Shown one piece after another: positions 31,305 to 39,926 of a stretch of DNA of 64,000 nt; position 1 is the stretch's first letter; the number at the start of each line of letters is the position of its first letter. Both the position numbers and the translations under genes were made by a program. The notes below the pieces were generated by a model. That model worked only from the letters and a program-made list of their open reading frames with translations. It had not been told where the DNA came from and did not search any database. Origin of the DNA: an uncultured Alphaproteobacteria bacterium (GTDB lineage: Bacteria; Pseudomonadota; Alphaproteobacteria; HIMB59; GCA-002718135); the NCBI GenBank assembly GCA_902616075.1, contig CACMRK010000004.1:22346-86345 (forward strand), read 5' to 3'.

Positions 31305-32088
31305 ATTTTTTATTAAAATAAAAATAAAATAAACCAATTATTATTAAAGCAAACATTAAAATTGCTGATAATGCGTTTACTTCAGGACTCAATCCTAATC
31401 TAACTTTAGAAAAAACTACAATTGGCAATGTGTTAGCTCCAGGCCCAGTAGTAAAACTTGCAACAACTAGATCATCTAAAGAAATTGTAAAAGCTAATAA
31501 CCAACCAGCAATAATAGAAGGCAAAATTATTGGTAAAGTTATCTTATAGAGTACCTTTGTATAATTATAGCCTAGATCCATCGCAGCTTCCTCAATATTT
31601 TTGTTAAAGTCAGTTAATCTTGCTTGAATAATAATTGCGACAAATGCAATACAAAAAGTAACGTGCGATATAAAAATAGTTAATTGTCCTCTAGATGATG
31701 GAAATCCAATTACATTATTTAAGCTTATAAAAAAAAGTAACATTGAAAGACCTAAAATTAATTCTGGTAAAACCAAAGGTGTTGAAGAAAGAAAAATATA
31801 GAATGATTTAAAAGGAATTTTTCTTATTCTTACAAGTGAATATCCAATCATAACTCCTAAAATTGTAGCAAAAGTTGCAGACAAAGCTGCAATTTTAATA
31901 CTAATAATAAATGCCTCAATTATTTGTTCATTATTAAATAATTCATTGTACCATCTTAAAGAAAATCCTTTCCAAACCATTACTCTCTTATTTTCATTAA
32001 ATGAGTAAAAAATTAAAACTAAAATTGGGAAATATAAAAAAAATAAACCTAAAAAAATAACTGTACTTTTGATTAAACTAGATTTCAT
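31294..32088 (-). CDS. potC: spermidine/putrescine ABC transporter permease PotC
   Basis: Track ORF 31294..32157. Alignment to the PotC N-terminus favours Met24 (MKSSLIKSTVIF), with ATG at 32088. This overlaps the potB stop by 11 nt. Confidence 0.8.
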   Translation of the reverse strand: MKSSLIKSTVIFLGLFFLYFPILVLIFYSFNENKRVMVWKGFSLRWYNELFNNEQIIEAFIISIKIAALSATFATILGVMIGYSLVRIRKIPFKSFYIFLSSTPLVLPELILGLSMLLFFISLNNVIGFPSSRGQLTIFISHVTFCIAFVAIIIQARLTDFNKNIEEAAMDLGYNYTKVLYKITLPIILPSIIAGWLLAFTISLDDLVVASFTTGPGANTLPIVVFSKVRLGLSPEVNALSAILMFALIIIGLFYFYFNKKFKH

Positions 32089-32965
32089 TTTTTTGACTCC
32101 AACGAGAATAAAGTATTTGAAAAATAACAATTGGCAAAACCAAAATAATAATTCCACTAAAAGCTAAAGCACTAGCACCGGGCCAATTTCTATTAACAAA
32201 GAATTCCTCCCATAATATTTTTCCATAATACAATCTATCACTACCACCTAACATTTCAGGTATAATAAATTCTCCAACAACAGGTATAAAAACTAATAAA
32301 GATCCGGCAACAATTCCTGGAACAGACAAAGGAAGAATAACTTTAAAAAAGGTTTTAATACGATTTAATCCTAAATCTTTTGATGCTTCAATTAAATTTA
32401 AGTCAAATTTATTTAAGTATCCATAGAGCGGTAAAATCATCAAAGGTAAATAAGTGTATACAATTCCCATGATGACAGCATATTGATTGTATAATAATTG
32501 AAGTGGTTCTGATATTATGCCTAGATTTAGAAGTATTACATTTAAAATTCCATTATTCTGTAAAATTATTTTCCATGCATATACTCTTAATAAAAATGAT
32601 GACCAAAATGGAATTACTACTAAAACTAATAGGATATTTCTTAATCTGATATTTGAAGTCGCAATATAAAAAGCTAATGGGAACCCAATAAGTAAACAAA
32701 AAAAAGTAGATATTAGAGCTAGTATCAAAGAGTTTACAAAAGATCCAATGTAGTAATAATCACTAAATATATAAACATAGTTTTCAAATGTAGTATTGAT
32801 CTTAAATCCATTATCAAAAAGAAAAATATCTTGATAAGGAGGCATACCCCATTCTGATACCGAAATTGATATTTTAAAAATTATAGCTAATGGTATAAAA
32901 AAAAATAGAACAAGCCAAAAATAAGGACTAAAAACAAAATATTTTTCAAATAATTTATTTTTCAA
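32078..32965 (-). CDS. potB: spermidine/putrescine ABC transporter permease PotB
   Basis: Six TM segments and the EAA-loop motif IEASKDLGLNRIKTFFKVILP. Confidence 0.8.
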   Translation of the reverse strand: MKNKLFEKYFVFSPYFWLVLFFFIPLAIIFKISISVSEWGMPPYQDIFLFDNGFKINTTFENYVYIFSDYYYIGSFVNSLILALISTFFCLLIGFPLAFYIATSNIRLRNILLVLVVIPFWSSFLLRVYAWKIILQNNGILNVILLNLGIISEPLQLLYNQYAVIMGIVYTYLPLMILPLYGYLNKFDLNLIEASKDLGLNRIKTFFKVILPLSVPGIVAGSLLVFIPVVGEFIIPEMLGGSDRLYYGKILWEEFFVNRNWPGASALAFSGIIILVLPIVIFQILYSRWSQKNEI

Positions 32966-34033
32966 TTAATCCTCTAAAGCCTTAATTGATTCACTTTCCC
33001 AAGTACAAATGACTTTCTCCCCTTTTGGGAAATTATAATTTGAGTTGGAGTTAAAATTCTGATCTAAAACTGAAATTATCATATTTTTAATTTTAATTTC
33101 ATAACGTGTAAAGCTTCCCAAATATGATTTTTCTAAAATTTCTCCACTAAAGGAATTAAATAAACTTGTTTTCAAATTATTTATTGATTGTATTTTTATT
33201 TTCTCTGGTCTTAGTAAAATATTAGTTTTTGTATTTTTTAATTCTTTGTTTAATTTAAAATTTATACCTAAATCATCAGAATAAAAATTTTCATCTTTCT
33301 TATAAATCTCAATTATATTTGCAATTCCTATAAAATTGGCAGTATAAAGACTTTTAGGATTTTCATAAATCTCTTCAGGGCTAGAACATTCCAAAATAAG
33401 ACCATTCTTCATTATTGCCATTCTATCAGATAAGGACATTGCTTCTTCCTGATCATGGGTGACAAAAACAAATGTAATTTTTAGTTTCTTTTGGAGTGTT
33501 GTTAACTCTAATTGTGTTTTTGATCTTAGTTTTTTATCTAGTGCCGCAAGAGGCTCATCTAATAATAATAACTTAGGTTTTTTTATTAAGCACCTTCCAA
33601 GGGCAACTCGTTGCTGCTCTCCCCCTGATAATTGCTTAATTCTTCTATTTAATAAATGTTCAATAGATAAAAGTTCGGCGATATTTCTTACGTTTATTTC
33701 AATTTCTTTTTGAGTAAAATTTTCTTTTATTCCAAAAGCTAAATTATTAAATACATTTAAATGAGGAAATAAAGCATACGATTGAAACATATAGTTTAAT
33801 GGCCTATCAAAAGGCTCAAGGTTTGTTATGTCAATTCCATCGAGTATTATACGTCCTGTATCCGGCTTCTCAAATCCGCCTAATATTCTTAGTAAGGTAG
33901 TTTTGCCTGAACCAGAAGATCCTAAGAGACCAAAAAATTCAGATTTTGATATATTTAAATTAATATTTTCTAAAACTTTGTTATCTCCAAAGGATTTAGA
34001 AATATTTTCAATTACAAGAAAATTATTATCCAT
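32966..34033 (-). CDS. potA: spermidine/putrescine ABC transporter ATPase PotA
   Basis: Walker A GSSGSGKTT, signature LSGGEQQR, Walker B LLLLDEP and a C-terminal TOBE-like domain. Confidence 0.85.
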   Translation of the reverse strand: MDNNFLVIENISKSFGDNKVLENINLNISKSEFFGLLGSSGSGKTTLLRILGGFEKPDTGRIILDGIDITNLEPFDRPLNYMFQSYALFPHLNVFNNLAFGIKENFTQKEIEINVRNIAELLSIEHLLNRRIKQLSGGEQQRVALGRCLIKKPKLLLLDEPLAALDKKLRSKTQLELTTLQKKLKITFVFVTHDQEEAMSLSDRMAIMKNGLILECSSPEEIYENPKSLYTANFIGIANIIEIYKKDENFYSDDLGINFKLNKELKNTKTNILLRPEKIKIQSINNLKTSLFNSFSGEILEKSYLGSFTRYEIKIKNMIISVLDQNFNSNSNYNFPKGEKVICTWESESIKALED

Positions 34034-34039
34034 CTTAAA

Positions 34040-34069
34040 TCAGCACTAATATTAATATATTAGTGCTGA
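34040..34069 (-). promoter_or_regulatory. perfect 12-bp intercistronic hairpin between potD and potA
   Basis: TCAGCACTAATA (34040-34051) pairs with TATTAGTGCTGA (34058-34069) around a 6-nt loop. On the minus-strand mRNA it lies between the potD stop and the potA ATG and is followed by only a short U-run. Confidence 0.6.
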
Positions 34070-34084
34070 AATGAAGTATATTTT

Positions 34085-35131
34085 TTAATTTGATTTAAAT
34101 TTATTAAAATATTTAGTTGATAATTGTGCTTTTTTAGGTGAGTCAGCAGTATCAGCAAATAGCATACTTAAAGTTGCTTCATCTGGATAAATAGCTGGGT
34201 CTCCTAAAATTTCTGGGTCAACTAGCTCATTAGCTGCTTTGTTTGGGTTAGAATACCAAACATAGTTAGTAATATCTGCAGCAACTTCAGGGCGCAAAAT
34301 ATAATTTATAAACTTATGTGCATTTAAAACATTTTTTGCATCAGCTGGAATTGCCATCATATCAAACCAAATTACTGTTCCTTCTGAAGGTATAGAATAC
34401 CAAACTGGTTCTATTTCTTCGTAAGCAGCAATAAAAACATCACCTGACCATCCCATAGCTAGACAAATTTCACCATTAGCGAGATCATCAATATATTGAG
34501 AGGAATCAAAATACCTAATGAAAGGTCTAATTTCCTGCAACATTGAAAGAGCAGCCTTATAATCATTTTCGTCTTCAGTATTAGGATCTTTACCTACATA
34601 TTTTAAGGCAATTTCCATTACTTCAGATGGTGCATCTAACATTGCTATACCACAATCCTCATATTTAGAAGCTATAGCTGGGTCAAATAATACACTCCAA
34701 CTAGTAACTTCATCTTCATCTACCTTATCAGTATTGTAACCAATGCCAGTTGTGCCGTACATGTAGTTTACTGAATACTGACCGCCTGGATCATGAGCAT
34801 CTATCTTTGATAAAACTTCAGGATCTAAATTTCCTAAGTTCGATAATTCAGATTTATCAAGTTTTTGAAAAACTCCTGCCTTGATTTGGTTTTCTAAAAA
34901 AGAACCAGAAGGCACGACAATATCATAGCCAGACCCACCAGCTAAAAGTTTAGCTTCAAGAACTTCGTTAGAATCAAAAACATCATAAGTTACATCAATG
35001 CCAAATTCATTTTCGAAATTTTCAATTGTATCTTCGGCAATATAGTCAGACCAATTGTAAATAAATAATTCTTCTTTAGCCTGAGCTGAAAAAGAAATTA
35101 AAACTAATAGAGATATAAAATACTTAAGCAT
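34085..35131 (-). CDS. potD: polyamine ABC transporter periplasmic substrate-binding protein (PotD/PotF family)
   Basis: Sec signal MLKYFISLLVLISFSAQA and PotD/F-like sequence throughout. A strong SD, GGAGGGG, lies 4 nt (AATA) before the ATG. Confidence 0.85.
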   Translation of the reverse strand: MLKYFISLLVLISFSAQAKEELFIYNWSDYIAEDTIENFENEFGIDVTYDVFDSNEVLEAKLLAGGSGYDIVVPSGSFLENQIKAGVFQKLDKSELSNLGNLDPEVLSKIDAHDPGGQYSVNYMYGTTGIGYNTDKVDEDEVTSWSVLFDPAIASKYEDCGIAMLDAPSEVMEIALKYVGKDPNTEDENDYKAALSMLQEIRPFIRYFDSSQYIDDLANGEICLAMGWSGDVFIAAYEEIEPVWYSIPSEGTVIWFDMMAIPADAKNVLNAHKFINYILRPEVAADITNYVWYSNPNKAANELVDPEILGDPAIYPDEATLSMLFADTADSPKKAQLSTKYFNKFKSN

Positions 35132-35171
35132 TATTCCCCTCCTAAATAAAAATTACATTAAATAAAATAAA

Positions 35172-36029
35172 TTAAAAATCGAGAATTTTTTTATATAGAT
35201 CGGGTCTTCTGTCTCTAAAGTTACCCCATAATTTTCTATATTCTCTTGAAATTAACAAATCTAAAGTCGCAGTTATTATTCCCTCATCCTTATCATTCAT
35301 ACGGTTTATTACATTTCCAAGATGATCCAGTATAAAAGAATTACCATAAAAATTTAATTCAATATCTGCTTCGACCTCCTTCCCTATTCTATTCGAGGTT
35401 ATTATAGGAATTTGATTTGCAGCAGCATGTCCTACCATTGTATTAATCCAATGATCCCTGGAATTTAGTTCAGGCATGTGTGGCTCAGAGCCAATTGCTG
35501 ATGGATAAAAAATTAAATCTGCTCCTTTCAATGTTAGTATTCTTGCACATTCAGGAAACCACTGATCCCAACAAATTGCACAGCCAACTTTTGCCAGAGG
35601 GGTGTCAAAAACCATAAAACCTGTATTGCCTTTTTCAAAATAATACTTTTCATTATATCCAGGCCCTTCAGGGATGTGAGATTTATTATAAACTTCACTT
35701 ATTTTACCGAAAGAATCAATCATAACTAGAGAGTTAAAAAACTTATTTTCCTTTTTTTGAAAAAAACTAATTGGTAATGAAATCTTTTTATCTTTACAAA
35801 TATTAGATAATTTTTCGAACATTGGATGGGAAGGAAAATCAATTGCAAGATCAAAAAATTTATCATTTTTTGTTGAACAAAAATAATAATCTTGAAATAA
35901 TTCTTGCAGAAGTAAAATATCAACATTCTCATTTGAAGCTTTTTCAACTAAACTAATTGCTTTGTTTAAATTAGCTTCAAAGTCTCCTTTAAAAGCCTTA
36001 AATTGTGATGTTGCTACTTTTACCTTCAT
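35172..36029 (-). CDS. aguB: N-carbamoylputrescine amidase (CN-hydrolase family)
   Basis: Nitrilase-superfamily E-K-C triad context (ICWDQWFPE). The track start is 36056; I prefer Met10 (MKVKVATSQF), whose ATG at 36029 forms an ATGA overlap with the aguA stop. Confidence 0.8.
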   Translation of the reverse strand: MKVKVATSQFKAFKGDFEANLNKAISLVEKASNENVDILLLQELFQDYYFCSTKNDKFFDLAIDFPSHPMFEKLSNICKDKKISLPISFFQKKENKFFNSLVMIDSFGKISEVYNKSHIPEGPGYNEKYYFEKGNTGFMVFDTPLAKVGCAICWDQWFPECARILTLKGADLIFYPSAIGSEPHMPELNSRDHWINTMVGHAAANQIPIITSNRIGKEVEADIELNFYGNSFILDHLGNVINRMNDKDEGIITATLDLLISREYRKLWGNFRDRRPDLYKKILDF

Positions 36030-37009
36030 ATTTTTGGTACATTCATTGTTATACAATGAATATTTCCTCCACCATAATTTATATTTTCTGTTTCCAACAT
36101 TATAATCTCTCGATTTGGGAATAAATTTTCAAAAGTTAATTTTACCTCATTGTCTTCCTTAACATTGAATTTAGGTAAGATAATTTTATTTTTACTGAAA
36201 TAGAAATTTATATATGAGCTAATAATATTCTTATTATTAATCTTTTTTCTTGTAGGTAAAGGAACTTCAATTAAATCAAATGTCTGATTAGTATCTTTAA
36301 AAAATTTAATAAGATCAGATTTGTTTTTTTCTAATATTTCAAAATTAGGATCTAATTTGTGAGTTGTAGCAATTAAATATTTATTTTTTCCTATTGGGCA
36401 TAATAAATTATCTACATGACCATCTGTGTCATCCTCCATTAGTCCATTTTCAAAGAAAAAAATATAATTTAAGTCAAACAATAGCTTTAATTTTTCAATT
36501 ATATATTCACTATTATGTTTTTGTTTTCTATTTTTATTAAATATTACATTTTTAGTGCTAAATAAATTTTTTTTATCATCATAAGTTATTGCTCCTCCTT
36601 CAATGACTAAGTCAGAAGTTATTGTTGGGATATTTAAATAGTTTGAAATAAATTTTGATATTTTATTATCATTTAAATAACCTGGATACTTTCCATAACC
36701 ATTAAATTCAAAGCTAATTGATTTTAATTTTTCATCTTCGTTATAAAAAATTGGTGCAATATCTCGCATCCAAGAATCATCTAATTTACATTCTACAATA
36801 TCTATATTTTTATGATCAGTTTTATTTAGAATTTCATTTATGTCTTCTTTATTTGACAAAACAATAACATGCTCAGTTTTTGCAATTTCATTAATTACAT
36901 TTGCAACTTCATCTCTGGCCTTATTAATAATTTTACCATAAAGATCTTTATTACATGGCCAAGCAATCAAACAATATTGGTGTTCATACCATTCAGGAAT
37001 TAGTTTCAT
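36026..37009 (-). CDS. aguA: agmatine deiminase
   Basis: Peptidyl-arginine-deiminase-fold motifs (WMRDIAPIF, DGHVDN) and the C-terminal catalytic GGGNIHCIT. Confidence 0.88.
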   Translation of the reverse strand: MKLIPEWYEHQYCLIAWPCNKDLYGKIINKARDEVANVINEIAKTEHVIVLSNKEDINEILNKTDHKNIDIVECKLDDSWMRDIAPIFYNEDEKLKSISFEFNGYGKYPGYLNDNKISKFISNYLNIPTITSDLVIEGGAITYDDKKNLFSTKNVIFNKNRKQKHNSEYIIEKLKLLFDLNYIFFFENGLMEDDTDGHVDNLLCPIGKNKYLIATTHKLDPNFEILEKNKSDLIKFFKDTNQTFDLIEVPLPTRKKINNKNIISSYINFYFSKNKIILPKFNVKEDNEVKLTFENLFPNREIIMLETENINYGGGNIHCITMNVPKI

Positions 37010-37022
37010 AAAATTTAAAAAT

Positions 37023-37601
37023 ATGTATAATTATTTCATGTCTAAAGATGAAGTAAAATTCACTGAAATGAAACATGGTGATAAAGAGGATTATGAACTT
37101 CTTGCTAATTTTGAAGATAAATTTATTGAAGGTACAGCTGATAGAATAGTAAGAGTGCTAGAAAGTTTAGACAATTCTTTAGGTGGCTATAAGGTATCGA
37201 GACTAGAACACTCACTTCAAACTGCATCAAGGGCGTTACGTGAACAAGCTTCTGAAGAAATGGTGGTAGCTTCCTTATTGCATGATATAGGTGATGAAAT
37301 TGCACCACTTAATCATTCTGAACTTGCAGCTGCAGTATTAAAACCTTTTGTTTCTGAAAAAACAAGATGGATTGTAGAACAACACGGTTTGTTTCAAGCC
37401 TACTACTATAATCATTATTATGGAAAAGATAGAAATCTAAGAGATAAATTCAAAGGTCATGAATTCTTTAAGGACACTATAGATTTTTGTGAAAGATGGG
37501 ATCAAGCATCATTTGATCCAAATTATGATACAATTCCTTTAAAAGAATTTGTTCCAATGGTTCAAAGAATATTTAATAGAACACCTTATAGAAATTTATA
37601 A
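37023..37601 (+). CDS. HD-domain protein, PhnZ/TmpB/MIOX-like (candidate mixed-valent diiron oxygenase)
   Basis: 192 aa. Candidate metal ligands by eye are H63 (LEHSLQTA), H87-D88 (LLHDIGD), H98, H121 (EQHG) and D160 (ERWDQASFD). The size and the RWD..A..D tail resemble PhnZ-type HD oxygenases rather than phosphohydrolases. Confidence 0.55.
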   Translation: MYNYFMSKDEVKFTEMKHGDKEDYELLANFEDKFIEGTADRIVRVLESLDNSLGGYKVSRLEHSLQTASRALREQASEEMVVASLLHDIGDEIAPLNHSELAAAVLKPFVSEKTRWIVEQHGLFQAYYYNHYYGKDRNLRDKFKGHEFFKDTIDFCERWDQASFDPNYDTIPLKEFVPMVQRIFNRTPYRNL

Positions 37602-38069
37602 TTATTTTTTTAGCTTATTGATTAGTGTAAGGTTACCTGGATCAAAATTATTTTTATTTTCTTGAATAAATTTATCTATATCTTTTTGCTTTTCTAATTC
37701 TAATTCAGAAACTTTTCTAATATTTAAATCAACATACAAAGAACAAACCTCTGTTGTTGCTGCTCTATAACCTTCAAGCTTATGTGTCATTTCTAATTTA
37801 TAAATTAATCTTTTTTTATCCCTATCAAGAAATAACAAATTAATATCTACTTCATCACCCTCTTTCACTTCTTTGTCATAAGTTGTGTGTGACTCTACGG
37901 CAAAAGTAGTTTTCTTCTCTGTTTTTGCAGAAGTTTCACCCATATTAAATTTTTGTAAAAGAACTTCCCATCCAGCATCAAAAAGATGAATATAAAATGC
38001 CAAATTCATATGACCATTGTAATCGGTCCATTCTTTTTTCACTTTTCCTGAATTTAAATATATCTTCAT
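37602..38069 (-). CDS. hotdog-fold acyl-CoA thioesterase (betainyl-CoA thioesterase-like)
   Basis: 155 aa of the 4HBT-type hotdog fold (EWTDYNGHMNLAFY). Divergent from the BKACE + carnitine dehydrogenase genes, as in known carnitine clusters. Confidence 0.6.
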   Translation of the reverse strand: MKIYLNSGKVKKEWTDYNGHMNLAFYIHLFDAGWEVLLQKFNMGETSAKTEKKTTFAVESHTTYDKEVKEGDEVDINLLFLDRDKKRLIYKLEMTHKLEGYRAATTEVCSLYVDLNIRKVSELELEKQKDIDKFIQENKNNFDPGNLTLINKLKK

Positions 38070-38111
38070 TGTTTTTCTTTATTAATTCAAAAAATATAGT
38101 AGTTTAAATTA

Positions 38112-39002
38112 ATGAATAATGAAGTAATAATTTCGTGTGCTGTAACTGGATCAGGAGATACAGCAGGCAAACATCCTGAATTACCTATAACACCAAAACA
38201 AATTGCTGATGCTTCAATTGAAGCTGCCAAAGCGGGTGCAGCAATAGCTCATTTACATGTAAGGGAACCTGATGGCAAACCTTCTAGAAATTTAAGTTAT
38301 TATAAAGAAGTGGCAGATAGAATTCGCTCTTCTGATACTGATGTAGTTTTAAATTTTACTACAGGTATGGGTGGTGATTTTGAAGTTGGAACAGGTAAAG
38401 ATCCTTTAAATCCCGTGGGAGCAAATACAGATATGATCGATGCATTAAGCAGATTAGAACATGTTGAAGAGTTATTGCCAGAAATTTGTACTTTAGACTG
38501 CGGATCACTAAATTTTGGTGACTCAAACATGACATTTATTCATACACCGATACAACTAAGAACTGCAGCAAAAAAAATGCAGGAGCTTGGAGTGAAACCA
38601 GAAATGGAAGCTTTTGAAATGGGTCATTTATGGTTTGCTAACCAACTTTATAAAGAAGGTTTAATTGATGGTCCTCCTTTTTATCAAATATGCCTTGGCA
38701 TACCTTGGGGATCACCTGCAACAACGAGCGCAATGAAAGCAATGGCTGAAATGGTACCTACTGAAGGTATTTGGTCTGGATTTGGAATAGGAAGATCACA
38801 AATGCCCATGGCTGCACAAGCAGTTATTTTAGGAGGAAATGTTCGTGTGGGACTTGAAGATAATCTTTATTTAAAGAAAGGAGTTTTTGCATCAAATGCA
38901 CAGTTAGTTGAAAAAGCAAGATGCATTGTTGAAGATATGGGGGCTTCTATTTTATCCCCTCAACAGACTAGAGAGAAATTAAAACTAAAAAAACATTTTT
39001 AA
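38112..39002 (+). CDS. BKACE (DUF849) family beta-keto acid cleavage enzyme, dehydrocarnitine-cleaving type by context
   Basis: BKACE pattern [10 protein letters not shown]...[27 protein letters not shown]...NFTTGMGG. It lies 1 nt upstream of a carnitine-dehydrogenase-like gene. Confidence 0.7.
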   Translation: MNNEVIISCAVTGSGDTAGKHPELPITPKQIADASIEAAKAGAAIAHLHVREPDGKPSRNLSYYKEVADRIRSSDTDVVLNFTTGMGGDFEVGTGKDPLNPVGANTDMIDALSRLEHVEELLPEICTLDCGSLNFGDSNMTFIHTPIQLRTAAKKMQELGVKPEMEAFEMGHLWFANQLYKEGLIDGPPFYQICLGIPWGSPATTSAMKAMAEMVPTEGIWSGFGIGRSQMPMAAQAVILGGNVRVGLEDNLYLKKGVFASNAQLVEKARCIVEDMGASILSPQQTREKLKLKKHF

Positions 39003-39003
39003 T

Positions 39004-39924
39004 TTGAAAAATATTGCTGTCATTGGAACTGGTGTAATTGGTACCGGCTGGATACTTAGATTTCTCGCTAATGGTATAAAAGTCAAAGCATTTGATAAAA
39101 ATTCTCAGCAATTACATTTTCTAAAAGAAGAAATAACAAGAACAAACTTAATTATAAAGAAATTATATAATACAAAAATCAATTTCAAAAATTTGGAAAT
39201 CGTAGACAGTATTGAAGAAGCAGTAAAAAATGCAGAGTTAATTCAGGAAAATGTCCCCGAACGATTAACTTTAAAAAAAGATGTTATAAAAAATATAAGT
39301 AAATATTCACCCTCAAATTCAATAATTGCTTCAAGTTCATCTGGTTTACTTCCATCAGATTTACAATCAAAATGTATTAATCCAAAAAGATTAATCATAG
39401 CTCATCCATTTAACCCTGTATATATTCTCCCTTTGGTTGAAATTGTAAAAGGTAAAAAAACTACAAATTTATATCTAAATAAAGCAAAAAAATTTTATCA
39501 AAAAATTAAAATGAAGACATTATCGGTAGAAAAAGAATTACCAGGCTTTTTATCTGATAGATTGCAAGAAGCTTTGTGGAGAGAGGGGTTACATATTGTA
39601 AATGATGGATATGCTTCAACAAAAGATTTAGATGAAGCAATCACTTATGGGCCTGGTATGAGGTGGGCTTTAATGGGAACTTTTCTTACTTTTCATCTTG
39701 CTGGAGGAGAAATGGGTATGAAACACATGTTAGATCAATTTGGACCAGCATTAAAACTTCCATGGACTAAACTGAAATCTCCAAAATTGACAAAAAAGCT
39801 TAAAGAAAAAATCATCAAAGGAACAAAAAAACAATCAAATAATCATTCTATAAAAGATTTAAGTAACATAAGAGATAATTTCTTAATAGATTTGCTAGAA
39901 TTAAAGAAAAAATATAAATTATAA
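39004..39924 (+). CDS. L-carnitine dehydrogenase-like 3-hydroxyacyl-CoA dehydrogenase family protein
   Basis: Rossmann motif IAVIGTGVIGTGW and 3HCDH N- and C-terminal domains. TTG start per the track. BKACE and thioesterase gene context. Confidence 0.65.
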   Translation: MKNIAVIGTGVIGTGWILRFLANGIKVKAFDKNSQQLHFLKEEITRTNLIIKKLYNTKINFKNLEIVDSIEEAVKNAELIQENVPERLTLKKDVIKNISKYSPSNSIIASSSSGLLPSDLQSKCINPKRLIIAHPFNPVYILPLVEIVKGKKTTNLYLNKAKKFYQKIKMKTLSVEKELPGFLSDRLQEALWREGLHIVNDGYASTKDLDEAITYGPGMRWALMGTFLTFHLAGGEMGMKHMLDQFGPALKLPWTKLKSPKLTKKLKEKIIKGTKKQSNNHSIKDLSNIRDNFLIDLLELKKKYKL

Positions 39925-39926
39925 TT

